Notes under the pieces: model-generated | What the model was told of the DNA's origin: nothing | The model's input: only the letters and a program-made list of their open reading frames with translations | The model's database searches: none | NCBI GenBank assembly: GCA_043811375.1 | Contig: JBDRNJ010000072.1 | Coordinates: 128,001 to 192,000 of the forward strand | Origin: a bacterium | GTDB taxonomy: Bacteria > Zixibacteria > MSB-5A5 > GN15 > FEB-12 | Reading direction: 5' to 3' | DNA: 64,000 bases | Made by a program: the position numbers and the translations under genes | Part shown: piece by piece, positions 19,890-30,144 of the stretch | Layout: each line of letters begins with the position of its first letter | Numbering within the stretch: the first letter of the stretch is position 1

Positions 19890-20121
19890 CGAAATTACGA
19901 AACAAACCCATTTTCATCCGTCCGTTCAGTCTGGATACAGTAGGTCAGTATCCTTGCGGTGACGACGAATGCTTGAATTGGCAGATTTCAATAAGATGGC
20001 ATATACAAGACTATCAACGTAAAACTCTGTATTTGATCGGACCCCACTGGGCTCTCGACGTGCGTGGCATCCTGACCTTGATCTGGTCCGGGATGTGGTT
20101 CAACATACAGTTGCAAACCGC

Positions 20122-21090
20122 TCACTGAGCATCAATACTGAAGTATTCCTCCAGCAGCAGGTAGTTCATCCTGGCTTCGTGGTTGAGCCGGTTGAAATCA
20201 TCAGTCTTTAGCCTGCCATCGTCTCCGAGCCTGACCAGCGCAAACGAATTGAACTCACGCTTCTGTTCGTCGACAGCCTCAAGCCGATCCGTGATTTCAT
20301 CAGGCGTTAATTGTGAGCGTATCAGGCAGAATATCTGAGGTCTTTCGCCACGGAAGACTTCACGCGCGTAAGCCAGTGGGGTAACAGCGAATTCCGACTC
20401 GTCCAGATTCAGTTCCTCGGTGACCTCTTGTTTCATCGCCCGGACGGCCAACTCGGCCAGATGACCATATCCCGGCGCGTAGTCGACCGCACCGGCGGCA
20501 GAGGGTCCGACGGATCCTTCCAGCGAGGCGACCGTGTCTGATCGCAACACCAAAAGTAGATACTGCCGATTGCCCTGCTTCAGCAACAGCCAGCCACAGA
20601 TTCCGAGACATACCGCCAGCGGGTTTTGTTTCAGTCCCGGTTCCGGATATTTGATCTTGTAGTAATTCCTCAGGTATTCCCCCTGCCCGGCAAATAACGG
20701 ATGAGGATAGTCGAGAGCAAAGCAACTACCCGCCTGGACGGAATAAGAACAGGGCTGGACCGTCATGTTGTACGGTCTCGAATCCAGGCTGATGTCTACA
20801 ACTTTCATAGCCTCGGGACCATCATAAAGGCGACCCTCTTTTCGCAGTAGGTCGGTCATCAGATATGCATATTCGGCAATAGAACTGTCGCAGAATTCAA
20901 ATCGGTCGGGGAGGTACTTGATCCTGATCTCCTGCGGATCAAGAGCGCCAGGACCGTAGAAACGGGCAATATCAATGTAACCGGAGTCGTACCGGCGATC
21001 AGCACCCGCCATTCGAACCCGAATCTGAGCCGGGGAACCGAAATGGCGAGCCAGAAAACGCTCGAAGCGATTGTAATTAAGGTACTTCAT
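20122..21090 (-). CDS. Hypothetical protein with degenerate Nudix-like box
   Basis: AAGAVD...AVRAMKQEVTEELNL resembles Gx5Ex7REUxEExGU; start overlaps the upstream stop (TGATG). Confidence 0.55.
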   Translation of the reverse strand: MKYLNYNRFERFLARHFGSPAQIRVRMAGADRRYDSGYIDIARFYGPGALDPQEIRIKYLPDRFEFCDSSIAEYAYLMTDLLRKEGRLYDGPEAMKVVDISLDSRPYNMTVQPCSYSVQAGSCFALDYPHPLFAGQGEYLRNYYKIKYPEPGLKQNPLAVCLGICGWLLLKQGNRQYLLLVLRSDTVASLEGSVGPSAAGAVDYAPGYGHLAELAVRAMKQEVTEELNLDESEFAVTPLAYAREVFRGERPQIFCLIRSQLTPDEITDRLEAVDEQKREFNSFALVRLGDDGRLKTDDFNRLNHEARMNYLLLEEYFSIDAQ

Positions 21091-22019
21091 CACAAGAGGA
21101 AAATCATCGCCACGCCGGCTACCGTGACAACGGCACCCACGGCAGCTCTGAAGGTCACCTTCTCCTTATACCACCGGGCTACCAGTGGCAACACCAGGAC
21201 GGGTGTAGTCGAATTGAGCGTCGCCGCCAGACCGGCCGGTATGTATTTGACCGAGACCAGAGACATCCAGACACCCAGAAACGGTCCCACAATCGCTCCG
21301 GCGACACAAAACGACAGCGCCCGGCCGTTTTTCATGGCGCGGATCGTTTGTATCATTTGGCCTCGACCGGCAGCCAGAATCCAAATGACCACCAGCGACA
21401 CGACCATACGCACATAAGCCGCCTCAAGCGGCGCCAAGTCACCACCGGCACCAACCATGCCCTGTTTGGCCAGTACCAATCCCGCAGCCTGTCCCAGTGC
21501 CGCCACTATGCCCAGCAGCACCCCTTTGAACAGGGTACCCCGATCGGGGTGGTCCTGATCAAGTCCGAAGCGGTTGTCACTATCGTACCTGCGCTCCAGC
21601 ACCACCCAGGTAATACCGCCCAGTGTCACGGCGATACCCAGCAGGTTCATCAGGCTGAGGTGTTCTCCCAGAAACGGCCAGGCCATAATCGTGGCCATAA
21701 CGGGAGCGCCGGCGTAAATCAAAGTTGCCAGCCGGGGACCGATCATTACCAGCGCTTTGAAACCGCAACCGTCCCCGATCACCAGCCCGACCACACCGGA
21801 CAGTCCCAGCCAGAACAGTTGCTGTTGGTTCAAATCCCGGGGCCACAGAGACCCGGTGGTCAACAGTACCACTACCGCATACACTACCACCGCCACCAGC
21901 AGGCGGATATTGTTAACGGTAAAAGAGCCGACCAGCCGTCCGGCCTGGGCGAAAAATATCGACGTGAAAGCCCACAAAAGAGCGGTGGCCAGTCCGGCCA
22001 GTTCACCTGTATATGGCAT
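21090..22019 (-). CDS. DMT/EamA family transporter
   Basis: About 10 hydrophobic segments in two repeats; GELAGLATALLWA, GLVIGD, LGEHL. Confidence 0.9.
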   Translation of the reverse strand: MPYTGELAGLATALLWAFTSIFFAQAGRLVGSFTVNNIRLLVAVVVYAVVVLLTTGSLWPRDLNQQQLFWLGLSGVVGLVIGDGCGFKALVMIGPRLATLIYAGAPVMATIMAWPFLGEHLSLMNLLGIAVTLGGITWVVLERRYDSDNRFGLDQDHPDRGTLFKGVLLGIVAALGQAAGLVLAKQGMVGAGGDLAPLEAAYVRMVVSLVVIWILAAGRGQMIQTIRAMKNGRALSFCVAGAIVGPFLGVWMSLVSVKYIPAGLAATLNSTTPVLVLPLVARWYKEKVTFRAAVGAVVTVAGVAMIFLL

Positions 22020-22111
22020 GAGGGAATATATCGCGGGTAATGAACAAGGTCAACCGGACCGGGGCCGGGGTAGCGGTGGAAACTTGTGGAGGGTATTCAG
22101 AAATGACTGTC

Positions 22112-22552
22112 TCAGGGAACAATCAGGCTCAGCTTGAACATGACGGAGCTGTTATCGTAATAGGCCAGCAGCTTCATATTGGGCGGCAGGAGCATCGATG
22201 AGGCGACGCCACCGACATCCACCAGTAGATCCCGACGGGACCAGCCTTCGCGATAGCCGTCATCGACCTCTTTCAGCAATCCCATACCGAGAGCAAAAAC
22301 ACCGGCCAGTGTCTTGTCCCTGACAATCTGGTGAGTAATTTCCGTCAGCGCATATGTACCCATGTAGTGGGTCCACTTGTCGGGGGCTTTGATATACCAA
22401 TTCTGATGATCGACATAGTACCAGGGATCACTGTCCAGATCCAGTCGTTTGAATTGACCGTCTCGGGGGTAGGACCCGGCCTGAGACTGCCCGAACAGGG
22501 CAACCGTCAGGCAGGCAGCAATTGACCACAGGCGTAAGATTCTGAGCGACAT
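22112..22552 (-). CDS. Secreted/membrane hypothetical protein, YfiM/DUF2279-like
   Basis: Signal peptide (AQA-type cleavage region); DKWTH...KEVDD...GWS..DL motif. Confidence 0.55.
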   Translation of the reverse strand: MSLRILRLWSIAACLTVALFGQSQAGSYPRDGQFKRLDLDSDPWYYVDHQNWYIKAPDKWTHYMGTYALTEITHQIVRDKTLAGVFALGMGLLKEVDDGYREGWSRRDLLVDVGGVASSMLLPPNMKLLAYYDNSSVMFKLSLIVP

Positions 22553-22581
22553 AAAAGTTTCCTTTCAGAATCCCTCATGGC

Positions 22582-22596
22582 GCAAGCCTTGTGCCT
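22582..22596 (-). promoter_or_regulatory. Putative sigma54 (-24/-12) promoter
   Basis: Minus strand AGGCACAAGGCTTGC gives GG-N10-GC with GGCAC and TTGC, about 30 nt upstream of ATG 22552. Confidence 0.65.
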
Positions 22597-22660
22597 CCGA
22601 ACGTTTTTTGTCAGATGAGTGTATCTTGTTGGGTTGGTGTTACTTACGCAGATGTCGGTA

Positions 22661-22706
22661 ATTGCACACGGGTGCAATCACCTGACGGTCTGCAGAATTG
22701 TGCAGA
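22661..22706. promoter_or_regulatory. Tandem palindromic sites, candidate enhancer (UAS) for a sigma54 activator
   Basis: ATTGCAC-ACGG-GTGCAAT (22661-22678) and TCTGCA-GAATTG-TGCAGA (22689-22706); both have a TGCA-N6-TGCA core. Confidence 0.55.
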
Positions 22707-22801
22707 GATTGGGGTGGGGGGGTGCGGATGGAGAGAGAGGGATCAGGAAACAAGCCGGATCTCATGCTGATATTGGAGTATTGATGGCGCCTTCGGAAGT
22801 T

Positions 22802-24034
22802 CTATCTGCACGGGGTCATCTCCTCCGATAAGAACGACTGTCCACATCGGCTGATGCCTGCCACGATAAAAGCCATGGCATTTGTGTGTGTAAGATTGTA
22901 TATCCACCTGTGTTGCCCCGAATCCGGAGTCATGAAGTCGGCACTAATCGAACCGTTGTAGGGTTCCCAACATATGATCGGCGTGCCAAAGACGAGTGTA
23001 TCGAAGGCGACGGTAACGGTGTTCTCGTCGCAATTAGTGGCGACAGCCAAGCCAAAGGAGTCAGGACAGTAGATTCCCACAAGCAGGCTTATGGCATCTG
23101 AAGCGGTGCAGTACCTGTATGCAACACCATACCTACTACTCAGGTCGGCTAATATTTGCTGCACTGCCGCTGCTCGCGTTTTGAGCGTGTTGTTTTTTCT
23201 GTTTGTGCCACCGTAGTTGTGACAGTAGTATGCAAAGATGACATCTTCACCTGCAGATGCTCTTTCAAAGAGAGCCCGTAAATGTGTCGTATCGGGTCTG
23301 TCGACGCATCTCACAACTTGTCGAGAGAGTGAACCACGCCTAAAGACGTTCTTCAGACTCGGTCGGTATGCAATAACGCTGAGGTCGATATCCGGCCAGT
23401 TGTTTGAATAATCAAACGGGATGAGACTGTCCAGCCAGTTGCTGAAATCAGTGTTTTCCCAGTTCCATCCGGAACGAAACGAAGCCGGATAGACACGGTT
23501 CAGATACACAAACGAAGCCATCTGGTCGAAGGCAAGCCGCCGATCTGTTTTTTCGCAGTAGACCGAGTCGGAAAAGGTTCGTATCAGTTTCCATCCCTTC
23601 GCCTTGCGCCGTTCGTCCCAACACCAGTCCGCGTGATGGTAGTGCCAAGCCACTTCGTCACCGTGACTCAGCACCCTATCTTTGAATTGCTCCAGAAATC
23701 TCTCGGGTATAGCGTTGATACCTTGAGGGGTATGCCGGTATCCTTCTATGGTCATTAGAAACCAGGTGAACTTGACGTGTCCGCCAAAACTGTCTGTCAG
23801 GCTGTCCCGCCATGCAGTCTCAAACGTTTGATCGATGAGATTTCCCGGAACAAAGGTATTCATGTTTAGTGATTGGGAATAGCAATAGTAGTTGAAGGCG
23901 TTTGATTCCGTATCAACGCAGTCGACAACATATACAATTCCTGGTACTCGCTTTTTGAGGAACCGGCCCCCCATACACGCAGACATAAGGAAACATGCAC
24001 CGACCGCAAACATAAATGCTGACGGCTTTATCAT
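22802..24034 (-). CDS. Putative lipoprotein with polysaccharide-deacetylase-like barrel
   Basis: LMSAC lipobox; VDCVDTE...FTWF...GDEVAWHYHH...SFRSGW...YYCH motif pattern. Confidence 0.55.
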   Translation of the reverse strand: MIKPSAFMFAVGACFLMSACMGGRFLKKRVPGIVYVVDCVDTESNAFNYYCYSQSLNMNTFVPGNLIDQTFETAWRDSLTDSFGGHVKFTWFLMTIEGYRHTPQGINAIPERFLEQFKDRVLSHGDEVAWHYHHADWCWDERRKAKGWKLIRTFSDSVYCEKTDRRLAFDQMASFVYLNRVYPASFRSGWNWENTDFSNWLDSLIPFDYSNNWPDIDLSVIAYRPSLKNVFRRGSLSRQVVRCVDRPDTTHLRALFERASAGEDVIFAYYCHNYGGTNRKNNTLKTRAAAVQQILADLSSRYGVAYRYCTASDAISLLVGIYCPDSFGLAVATNCDENTVTVAFDTLVFGTPIICWEPYNGSISADFMTPDSGQHRWIYNLTHTNAMAFIVAGISRCGQSFLSEEMTPCR

Positions 24035-24099
24035 TTCTTAAGAGCGCAATATGACGGCCGGATGCTGGAGTGTCCAAAGGGCCGTAGAATACTCGTAAC

Positions 24100-26526
24100 T
24101 CACCCCTCGTTCGCCACCCGCGCTACATCGATTACGACATCGCCGCCCTTCAGCGAGATCAGCCGCACGCCCTGGGTGTTGCGGCCGATGACTTTGATGT
24201 CCTTAACTGCCTGGCGGTTGGCGATGCCTTTTTTGGTGATCAGGATCAGTTCGTCACCGTCGAGGATTTCCTTGATCGTCACTACCTCGCCGTTGCGATC
24301 GGAGGTCTTGACATTGATGACTCCCTTGCCACCCCGGTTGGTCATGCGGTAATCGTCAATAGAGGTGCGCTTGCCGTAGCCGTTTTCAGTCACTACCAAA
24401 AGCGAGCTGTCACGCTTGACAACCACCATGCCGATGACATAGTCACCCTTGGCCAGGTTGATCCCCTTGACTCCGTAGGCGGTGCGGCCCATCGAGCGGA
24501 CTTTCTCCTCCTGGAAACGGATCGCCATCCCCTTACGGGTGGCCAGGACGATCTCATACGAGCCGTCGGTCAGAGCGGCCTCGATCAACTCATCGCCTTT
24601 GGGAATATTCATGGCGTTGACGCCGGTCACGCGCGGGTTAGCGAATGCATCCAGCGACGTTTTCTTGATGATACCAGCGCGGGTTGCCATGACGATAAAC
24701 ATATCCGGCGAGAAACTGCGTACTTTGCAGAAAGCGGTAACTTGCTCGTCTCGCTCCATGCTGCACATGTTGACAACCGGCTTACCCTTGGCCAGCTTGC
24801 CGCCGGTGGGTATAGCGTGCACTTTGACCCAGTAACACCGCCCCTTGCTGGAGAAGAACAGGATGTAGTCGTGGGTAGAGGCGATGAAGAGATGCTCGGC
24901 AAAATCATCTTCCCTGGTCTCAATGCCGATAACTCCCTTGCCGCCGCGCTGCTGCCGACGGTAGGCCGTAACCGAAAGACGTTTGACGTAACCGAGGTGC
25001 GAGATCGTTATCACCACCTCCTCTTCGGCGATCAGGTCTTCAACGGTGAGGTCCTCGGCCGCTTCCTGTATCTCGGTGCGGCGGTCGTCGCCGAATTTTT
25101 TCGCCAGTTGTTCGGTCTCGTCCTTGATGATCTGCATTCGCAGTTGTTTGGAGTCAAGAATCGACTTCAGTTCGCTGATCTTCTTGATCAGTTCACGGTA
25201 CTCTTCCTGGATTTTCTTTCGCTCCAGGCCGGTCAGGCGTTGCAACCGCATTTCCAGAATGGCCGTAGCCTGTTTATCCGACAGCTTAAACTTGTTCATA
25301 AGGCCGTCATGAGCGGTGGGCGTATCTTTGGACTTCTTGATCAGCGCGATCACTTCATCGATATGATCCAGCGCAATCCGGTAACCCTCGAGGATATGCG
25401 CCCGTTCCTCGGCTTTGCGCAACTCGAAGGTCGTCCGGCGCACCACTACTTCGTGACGATGGTCGACAAACGCGTCAAGCAGTTGTTTCAGGGTCAGCAG
25501 CCGGGGTTGACCGTGGTCCAGCCCCAGCAGCATGACTGAGAACGTTGTCTGCATGGTGGTATGTTTGTAGAGCTGGTTGAGCACCACCTCCGCCTGAACG
25601 TCGCGTTTGAGTTCGATAACAATGCGCATGCCGTCGCGGTCGGATTCATCGCGCAGATCGGAGATGCCCTCAATCCGCTTGTCGCGCACCAGGTCGGCGA
25701 TCTTCTCCAGCAGGTGTGATTTGTTGACCTGGTAAGGAATTTCGGAAACGATAATCATTTCCTTGCCGTTTTTCATCCGTTCCACAGCCACCCTGGCCCG
25801 CACGGGGATATGTCCCTTGCCGGTGGTGTAGGCCTGGTGTATCCCGGCACGGCCGTTGATTATTCCCCCGGTGGGAAAATCAGGTCCCGGCACCAGTTCT
25901 TTCAGATCCTCGTTAGTGCACTCCGGATCATCGATAACACGCGCAATTGCCCGGGCAATCTCGGTCAGGTTATGCGGAGGGATACTGGTCGCCATCCCGA
26001 CCGCGATACCCGTGGTCCCGTTGCACAGCAGATTGGGGAACTTGCCGGGCAGCACTTTCGGTTCCTTGCGGGTGACGTCATAGTTGGGCATAAAGTCGAC
26101 CGTTTCCTTCTCCAGGTCGGCCAGTACCTCGACGGCTATGGGAGACAGCCGCGCCTCCGTGTAACGCATCGCCGCCGCGCCGTCGCCGTCGACAGAACCG
26201 AAATTGCCCTGCCCGTCCACCAGCGGATAACGCATGCTGAAATCCTGCGCCATGCGCACCAGCGTCGGGTAGACCACCTGCTCGCCGTGGGGGTGGTAGT
26301 TACCGGACGTGTCGCCGGCGATCTTGGCACACTTGCGATGTGGCCGTCCCGGTGACAGGTGCAGGTCGTTCATGGCCACCAGGATGCGACGGTTGGACGG
26401 TTTCATGCCGTCGCGGATATCCGGCAGCGCCCGGTTGGTGATGACCGACATGGAGTAATCGAGGTAGGAGGATTTCATCTCCTCCTCAAGGAAGATGGTG
26501 TCGATTTTCTGTCGTTCAAGAGCCAT
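24100..26526 (-). CDS. gyrA: DNA gyrase subunit A
   Basis: [21 protein letters not shown] (catalytic Tyr), GyrA box QQRGGKG, beta-pinwheel repeats. Confidence 0.97.
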   Translation of the reverse strand: MALERQKIDTIFLEEEMKSSYLDYSMSVITNRALPDIRDGMKPSNRRILVAMNDLHLSPGRPHRKCAKIAGDTSGNYHPHGEQVVYPTLVRMAQDFSMRYPLVDGQGNFGSVDGDGAAAMRYTEARLSPIAVEVLADLEKETVDFMPNYDVTRKEPKVLPGKFPNLLCNGTTGIAVGMATSIPPHNLTEIARAIARVIDDPECTNEDLKELVPGPDFPTGGIINGRAGIHQAYTTGKGHIPVRARVAVERMKNGKEMIIVSEIPYQVNKSHLLEKIADLVRDKRIEGISDLRDESDRDGMRIVIELKRDVQAEVVLNQLYKHTTMQTTFSVMLLGLDHGQPRLLTLKQLLDAFVDHRHEVVVRRTTFELRKAEERAHILEGYRIALDHIDEVIALIKKSKDTPTAHDGLMNKFKLSDKQATAILEMRLQRLTGLERKKIQEEYRELIKKISELKSILDSKQLRMQIIKDETEQLAKKFGDDRRTEIQEAAEDLTVEDLIAEEEVVITISHLGYVKRLSVTAYRRQQRGGKGVIGIETREDDFAEHLFIASTHDYILFFSSKGRCYWVKVHAIPTGGKLAKGKPVVNMCSMERDEQVTAFCKVRSFSPDMFIVMATRAGIIKKTSLDAFANPRVTGVNAMNIPKGDELIEAALTDGSYEIVLATRKGMAIRFQEEKVRSMGRTAYGVKGINLAKGDYVIGMVVVKRDSSLLVVTENGYGKRTSIDDYRMTNRGGKGVINVKTSDRNGEVVTIKEILDGDELILITKKGIANRQAVKDIKVIGRNTQGVRLISLKGGDVVIDVARVANEG

Positions 26527-26742
26527 AAGGGGAACAAGTTCCTTTTATTTCATCAGGTATGTATCTCTATTTTCAATCCTTTAAGTTACGATTCAACTAC
26601 GCACAAAGCAACAAAAAAACCGGCGGCGGGCGGATTTATAATGTTGGGCGGCAGGGGGTTATGGGGAGCTCTCCGTGCAATGAAAAAGTGATGCTTGCAG
26701 CTTGTTTGATTGGAGAGAGGGGCGGACTGAAGATTGCTCACC

Positions 26743-28638
26743 CTACCGACTGCGCTGAGCCGCCAGTTTTCTCTCCGTTATGGCCTCAACCTCGGGCCAG
26801 TACCAGGGTACCAGTTTCTGAATCCATCTTTTATGCACTTCTGCCTTGTTTTCATCACTCGTCATCCGGCTGCGCAAGTATAAGTATTGATGCGCTTCAT
26901 AGACCAGCGAGTCCTGCTGCACTAATTCGTTCAACAACCGCCATCCAATCTCATCCTGAGACATCTCCATATGTAATAGTGCTTTCTCATAGACCAAGTA
27001 TGGGTAATATGGTTGCGGCGACAATGCCATGGCCCGGTTGAAGCAATCCATTGCCTCCCGGTATTGCATTCTTGCCTGGTAGGCGTGTCCCTTGGCGAAG
27101 AGGTGTACATATTCGATGGGATATGTGGCTATCGGTTCGCCGGCAAAATCTCTAACCTTCTTGAATGCGATCTCCATAGTGGGTCTTGACCGGGCATCCT
27201 TTCGCCTGTAAACCCAACCGATTCCGCGGTAGCCCTCCAAAAACTGCGGATAGAGTAAAAGTGCCTGTTCCGCTGGTGCCGATGGCTTCGCACCGGTAGA
27301 AAAGGTAATGTAGTCGGGTGCTCTTTTTAGTACATAGCGGGAATTGAAACTGTGTTCCTTCCAGGTTGTCTGCATACCGGGTATAGGCGGCTCCGGGTGG
27401 CGGGCTATAGTCGAGTCGGTCAGACCGAGCAGGTCGATCACGTCGTGCCCCATCAGTTCATAACCGAAAATCCCTATGGTAGACATGGCTACGGAGAAGT
27501 TAGTGGAATCGGCCAGCTTCATCTGTGATGCCAGGAAGCTCATTTTTCGCGTGTGGACTTTTTCGTTGTGATTGAATAGCAGAACGAAATTTCGTGGGAT
27601 ATTGTAAGTCAATGCAAGAGCAACAACAGCGGACAAGAACAAGATCAGGACCTTTGTCTGCAAAACGCGTCTGGCAAGAAAAAGCCATATCGAGAGAGTG
27701 AAGAGTACCCCAAAGATACCGAAGAGCGGCAGAAAGAACCGATGCACCTTCAGGACATCACCACCGACCAGAATAATGTAGACTACGTACAGTACAGCGA
27801 ACAGCCAAATCGATCTGGCCATCTTCGGTAATCGTCGGAAAAAAAACACCGGGACCACCAAGCTCAAACCGTAAAGCCAGTAATGCCGGAAAAAGCGACC
27901 CGCGTACTCCAGACCGCTGGTTGCCTGCTCCAGACTAAATCCCGTTTTCGCATAGAAGGGATTGGGCAACAGGGAACCGTAGTACCATATCTTGAAGACG
28001 ACATAAGGTAGCGACAGGACAAAAGCAATAAGACCTGCGCTCAGGCAAAACCGCGGAAATCTTTTTTCCACGACTGTCTCCACCAGCACCAGCAAACCGG
28101 CCACCAGAGCACCCTCGGGACGTATCCAGACAAGTAACAACAAACCGAGTATTAGCCACCAGTTGCGCCTGAGATAACAGTACAGTGAGAAGATAACCAG
28201 GAAACCAAATGCCGCCGTCTCCAGCCCGGCGGGTGACCAATAGGCATGCGACATACTGGCCGCTACCAGATAAACCGGCAGAAACGATACCCACCGGTCG
28301 CGATCGGCAAAAACCAGCCGCGCCAGAAAGTACACCAGCACAATTGTCGCAGCCCCGAATAGAAAACCGGTTATCTTGGATACGAGAATGTAATTGACGC
28401 CCAGCGCCCCCCACAGTATCAGGTAGATAACCCAGCCGAAATTAGTGAAACCCTCCACTCTCTCGCCGATGTTGTATACCAGGCCGTCGCCGTTCAGGTA
28501 ATTTTGCACGTAACGATACGATATATATGCATCGTCCTGAGTGAAATCGAGATCACGCGCCAAATATGTATAGATCAACAGGGCGGGAACAAGGACCAGC
28601 AACCAACTGATCGCGCGCTTTAATGATATAGATTCCAT
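26743..28638 (-). CDS. GT-C fold multi-TM glycosyltransferase-like membrane protein with C-terminal TPR
   Basis: DDAYISYRY...N.GERVEG, GLET, RPEG, PNPFYAK, DLLGLTD motifs; many TM segments. Confidence 0.75.
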   Translation of the reverse strand: MESISLKRAISWLLVLVPALLIYTYLARDLDFTQDDAYISYRYVQNYLNGDGLVYNIGERVEGFTNFGWVIYLILWGALGVNYILVSKITGFLFGAATIVLVYFLARLVFADRDRWVSFLPVYLVAASMSHAYWSPAGLETAAFGFLVIFSLYCYLRRNWWLILGLLLLVWIRPEGALVAGLLVLVETVVEKRFPRFCLSAGLIAFVLSLPYVVFKIWYYGSLLPNPFYAKTGFSLEQATSGLEYAGRFFRHYWLYGLSLVVPVFFFRRLPKMARSIWLFAVLYVVYIILVGGDVLKVHRFFLPLFGIFGVLFTLSIWLFLARRVLQTKVLILFLSAVVALALTYNIPRNFVLLFNHNEKVHTRKMSFLASQMKLADSTNFSVAMSTIGIFGYELMGHDVIDLLGLTDSTIARHPEPPIPGMQTTWKEHSFNSRYVLKRAPDYITFSTGAKPSAPAEQALLLYPQFLEGYRGIGWVYRRKDARSRPTMEIAFKKVRDFAGEPIATYPIEYVHLFAKGHAYQARMQYREAMDCFNRAMALSPQPYYPYLVYEKALLHMEMSQDEIGWRLLNELVQQDSLVYEAHQYLYLRSRMTSDENKAEVHKRWIQKLVPWYWPEVEAITERKLAAQRSR

Positions 28639-28743
28639 CACTTGTTATAAGGCAAGCTAATCACCTGGCAACTTTCCCCAATTGTCTCAGTATATGTACT
28701 GTTCTGCCCCAACTTGTCAAGTGAGTTGATACTCTGATCCCCC

Positions 28744-29664
28744 CTACCCCTCAAACGGATGATCCTTCATGAAATCGGGGCGGTAGTGGTGAGGGCTGGA
28801 AAGTTCCTGCACGAATCCCCGGTGAAAACCAAGCCGTTCAAGTTCATCCAGAACTTCATCGTACTCGTCAGGCGTCAGGAGGCGACCGAGGACGGGATGG
28901 TCGGCCACCGCCGGGGTCGGGTAGTATTGTGACATAAGCGAGATGTAAACGTCCGGCGACAGTTGTTCGGCAATAAAGCGCAGCACCCCCTTGCTGTTTT
29001 CCACATGACCCGGTAATACCAGATGCCGGATTATCATTCCCGAGGTAATCAGGCCGTCGGCGTCCAGTGTAATGTCGGCCCCTTTCTGGCGGAACATCTC
29101 TTTGATCGCCGCCCCGGCAATCCGGGGATAGTCAGGCGTGTCGGAATATTCCAACCCCAGGTCGGTATCGGCGTACTTCATATCGGGCAGGTAGACATCG
29201 ATGATGCCATCCAAAGATCGTATCGTCTCCACTTTGTCGTAGCCGTTGGTGTTGTACAGAAAGACGGGGTTGCGGCCACGATCCCTGACGGCATCAATGA
29301 TACCCCGCACCTGCGGCAGGACGTGCGATGGTGAGACAAAACCTACTGACCTGCAACCGGCATCAAGATGGGCTTCGATTCGATCCACAAGTTGTAGAAG
29401 ACTGATCTCATGGGAAATAGATGACACTTGTGTCCGGCTGATGTCGTAGTTCTGGCAGAAGATGCACTGCATATTGCAGTGAGCGAAAAAGATATTGCAG
29501 ATACCGTGGCGACCGGAGATAACCGGCTCCTCGCCGCGATGAGCGCAGATGGAGGCAAACGAGAGGTCGGTACCTGTACGGCACCAGCCGAGTTTATCGC
29601 TGGTCCGGTCAGCCCGGCATTCACGCGGGCAGCAGGTACATTCTTTCAGTTCATCGAACGGCAT
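28744..29664 (-). CDS. Radical SAM protein, PflX-like
   Basis: CTCCPRECRADR, HRGEEP, CNMQCIFCQN (CxxxCxxC), DVYLPDMKY, RHLVLPG, MSQYYP. Start set at MPFDELKEC because the longer start lies inside the MITE. Confidence 0.88.
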   Translation of the reverse strand: MPFDELKECTCCPRECRADRTSDKLGWCRTGTDLSFASICAHRGEEPVISGRHGICNIFFAHCNMQCIFCQNYDISRTQVSSISHEISLLQLVDRIEAHLDAGCRSVGFVSPSHVLPQVRGIIDAVRDRGRNPVFLYNTNGYDKVETIRSLDGIIDVYLPDMKYADTDLGLEYSDTPDYPRIAGAAIKEMFRQKGADITLDADGLITSGMIIRHLVLPGHVENSKGVLRFIAEQLSPDVYISLMSQYYPTPAVADHPVLGRLLTPDEYDEVLDELERLGFHRGFVQELSSPHHYRPDFMKDHPFEG

Positions 29665-29681
29665 TTGCCAATGACCGATAG

Positions 29682-29876
29682 CAGGATGTTGAAAAACACA
29701 GAATGAAAAACAAAAAGGGTGTGACCTTGCCTTCTCTGTCATTCCTGCGAAAGCAGGAATCCAGATTCATTGAGAAGTTACTGGATCCCCGCCTTCGCGG
29801 GGATGACGACCTCCGTAAACGGTTGTATGACCGTGCAGGTAGGTCAATGAGAAATAGCGGTTCATTCGGCACACTG
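29682..29876. mobile_element. Degenerate MITE copy 1 (IS5-like ends) containing a REP doublet
   Basis: Left end CAGGATGTTGAAAAA; decayed right end ...TTCGGCACACTG; flanked by ATAG/TTAG; internal GTCATTCCTGCGAAAGCAGGAATCCAG and CTGGATCCCCGCCTTCGCGGGGATGAC. Confidence 0.65.
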
Positions 29877-29880
29877 TTAG

Positions 29881-30053
29881 CAGGGTGTTGAAAAACACCG
29901 AATGAAAGACATGAATGTTACTACCTTGCTTTTTCTGTCATTCCTGCGTAAGCAGGAAACTATATATATCAATAGGTAACTGGATCCCCGCTTTCGCGGG
30001 GATGACGAGTGTGTTGGCAATTGAGCATGATAGAACACTTTTTCAACACCCTG
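29881..30053. mobile_element. MITE copy 2, 173 bp, perfect 15-bp TIRs, TTAG target duplication, REP doublet inside
   Basis: TTAG|CAGGGTGTTGAAAAA...TTTTTCAACACCCTG|TTAG. Confidence 0.8.
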
Positions 30054-30144
30054 TTAGAGCTTCTCATAAAACAGATACTGCCGGGCGAGGTTACCCGACA
30101 GCACCGTCATCTGTCAATCGTGAATGTCTGTGTTCGGTCGGTCT

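Noticed and set aside
24100..26526. parC instead of gyrA, given no adjacent gyrB
   Set aside because: GyrA box QQRGGKG and a full pinwheel CTD are present.
29665..29742. N-terminal extension of the radical SAM ORF
   Set aside because: It derives from MITE sequence; the family-like sequence begins at MPFDELKEC.
29678..30057. Possible CRISPR array
   Set aside because: Only two long units with terminal inverted repeats; no regular repeat-spacer periodicity and no cas genes.
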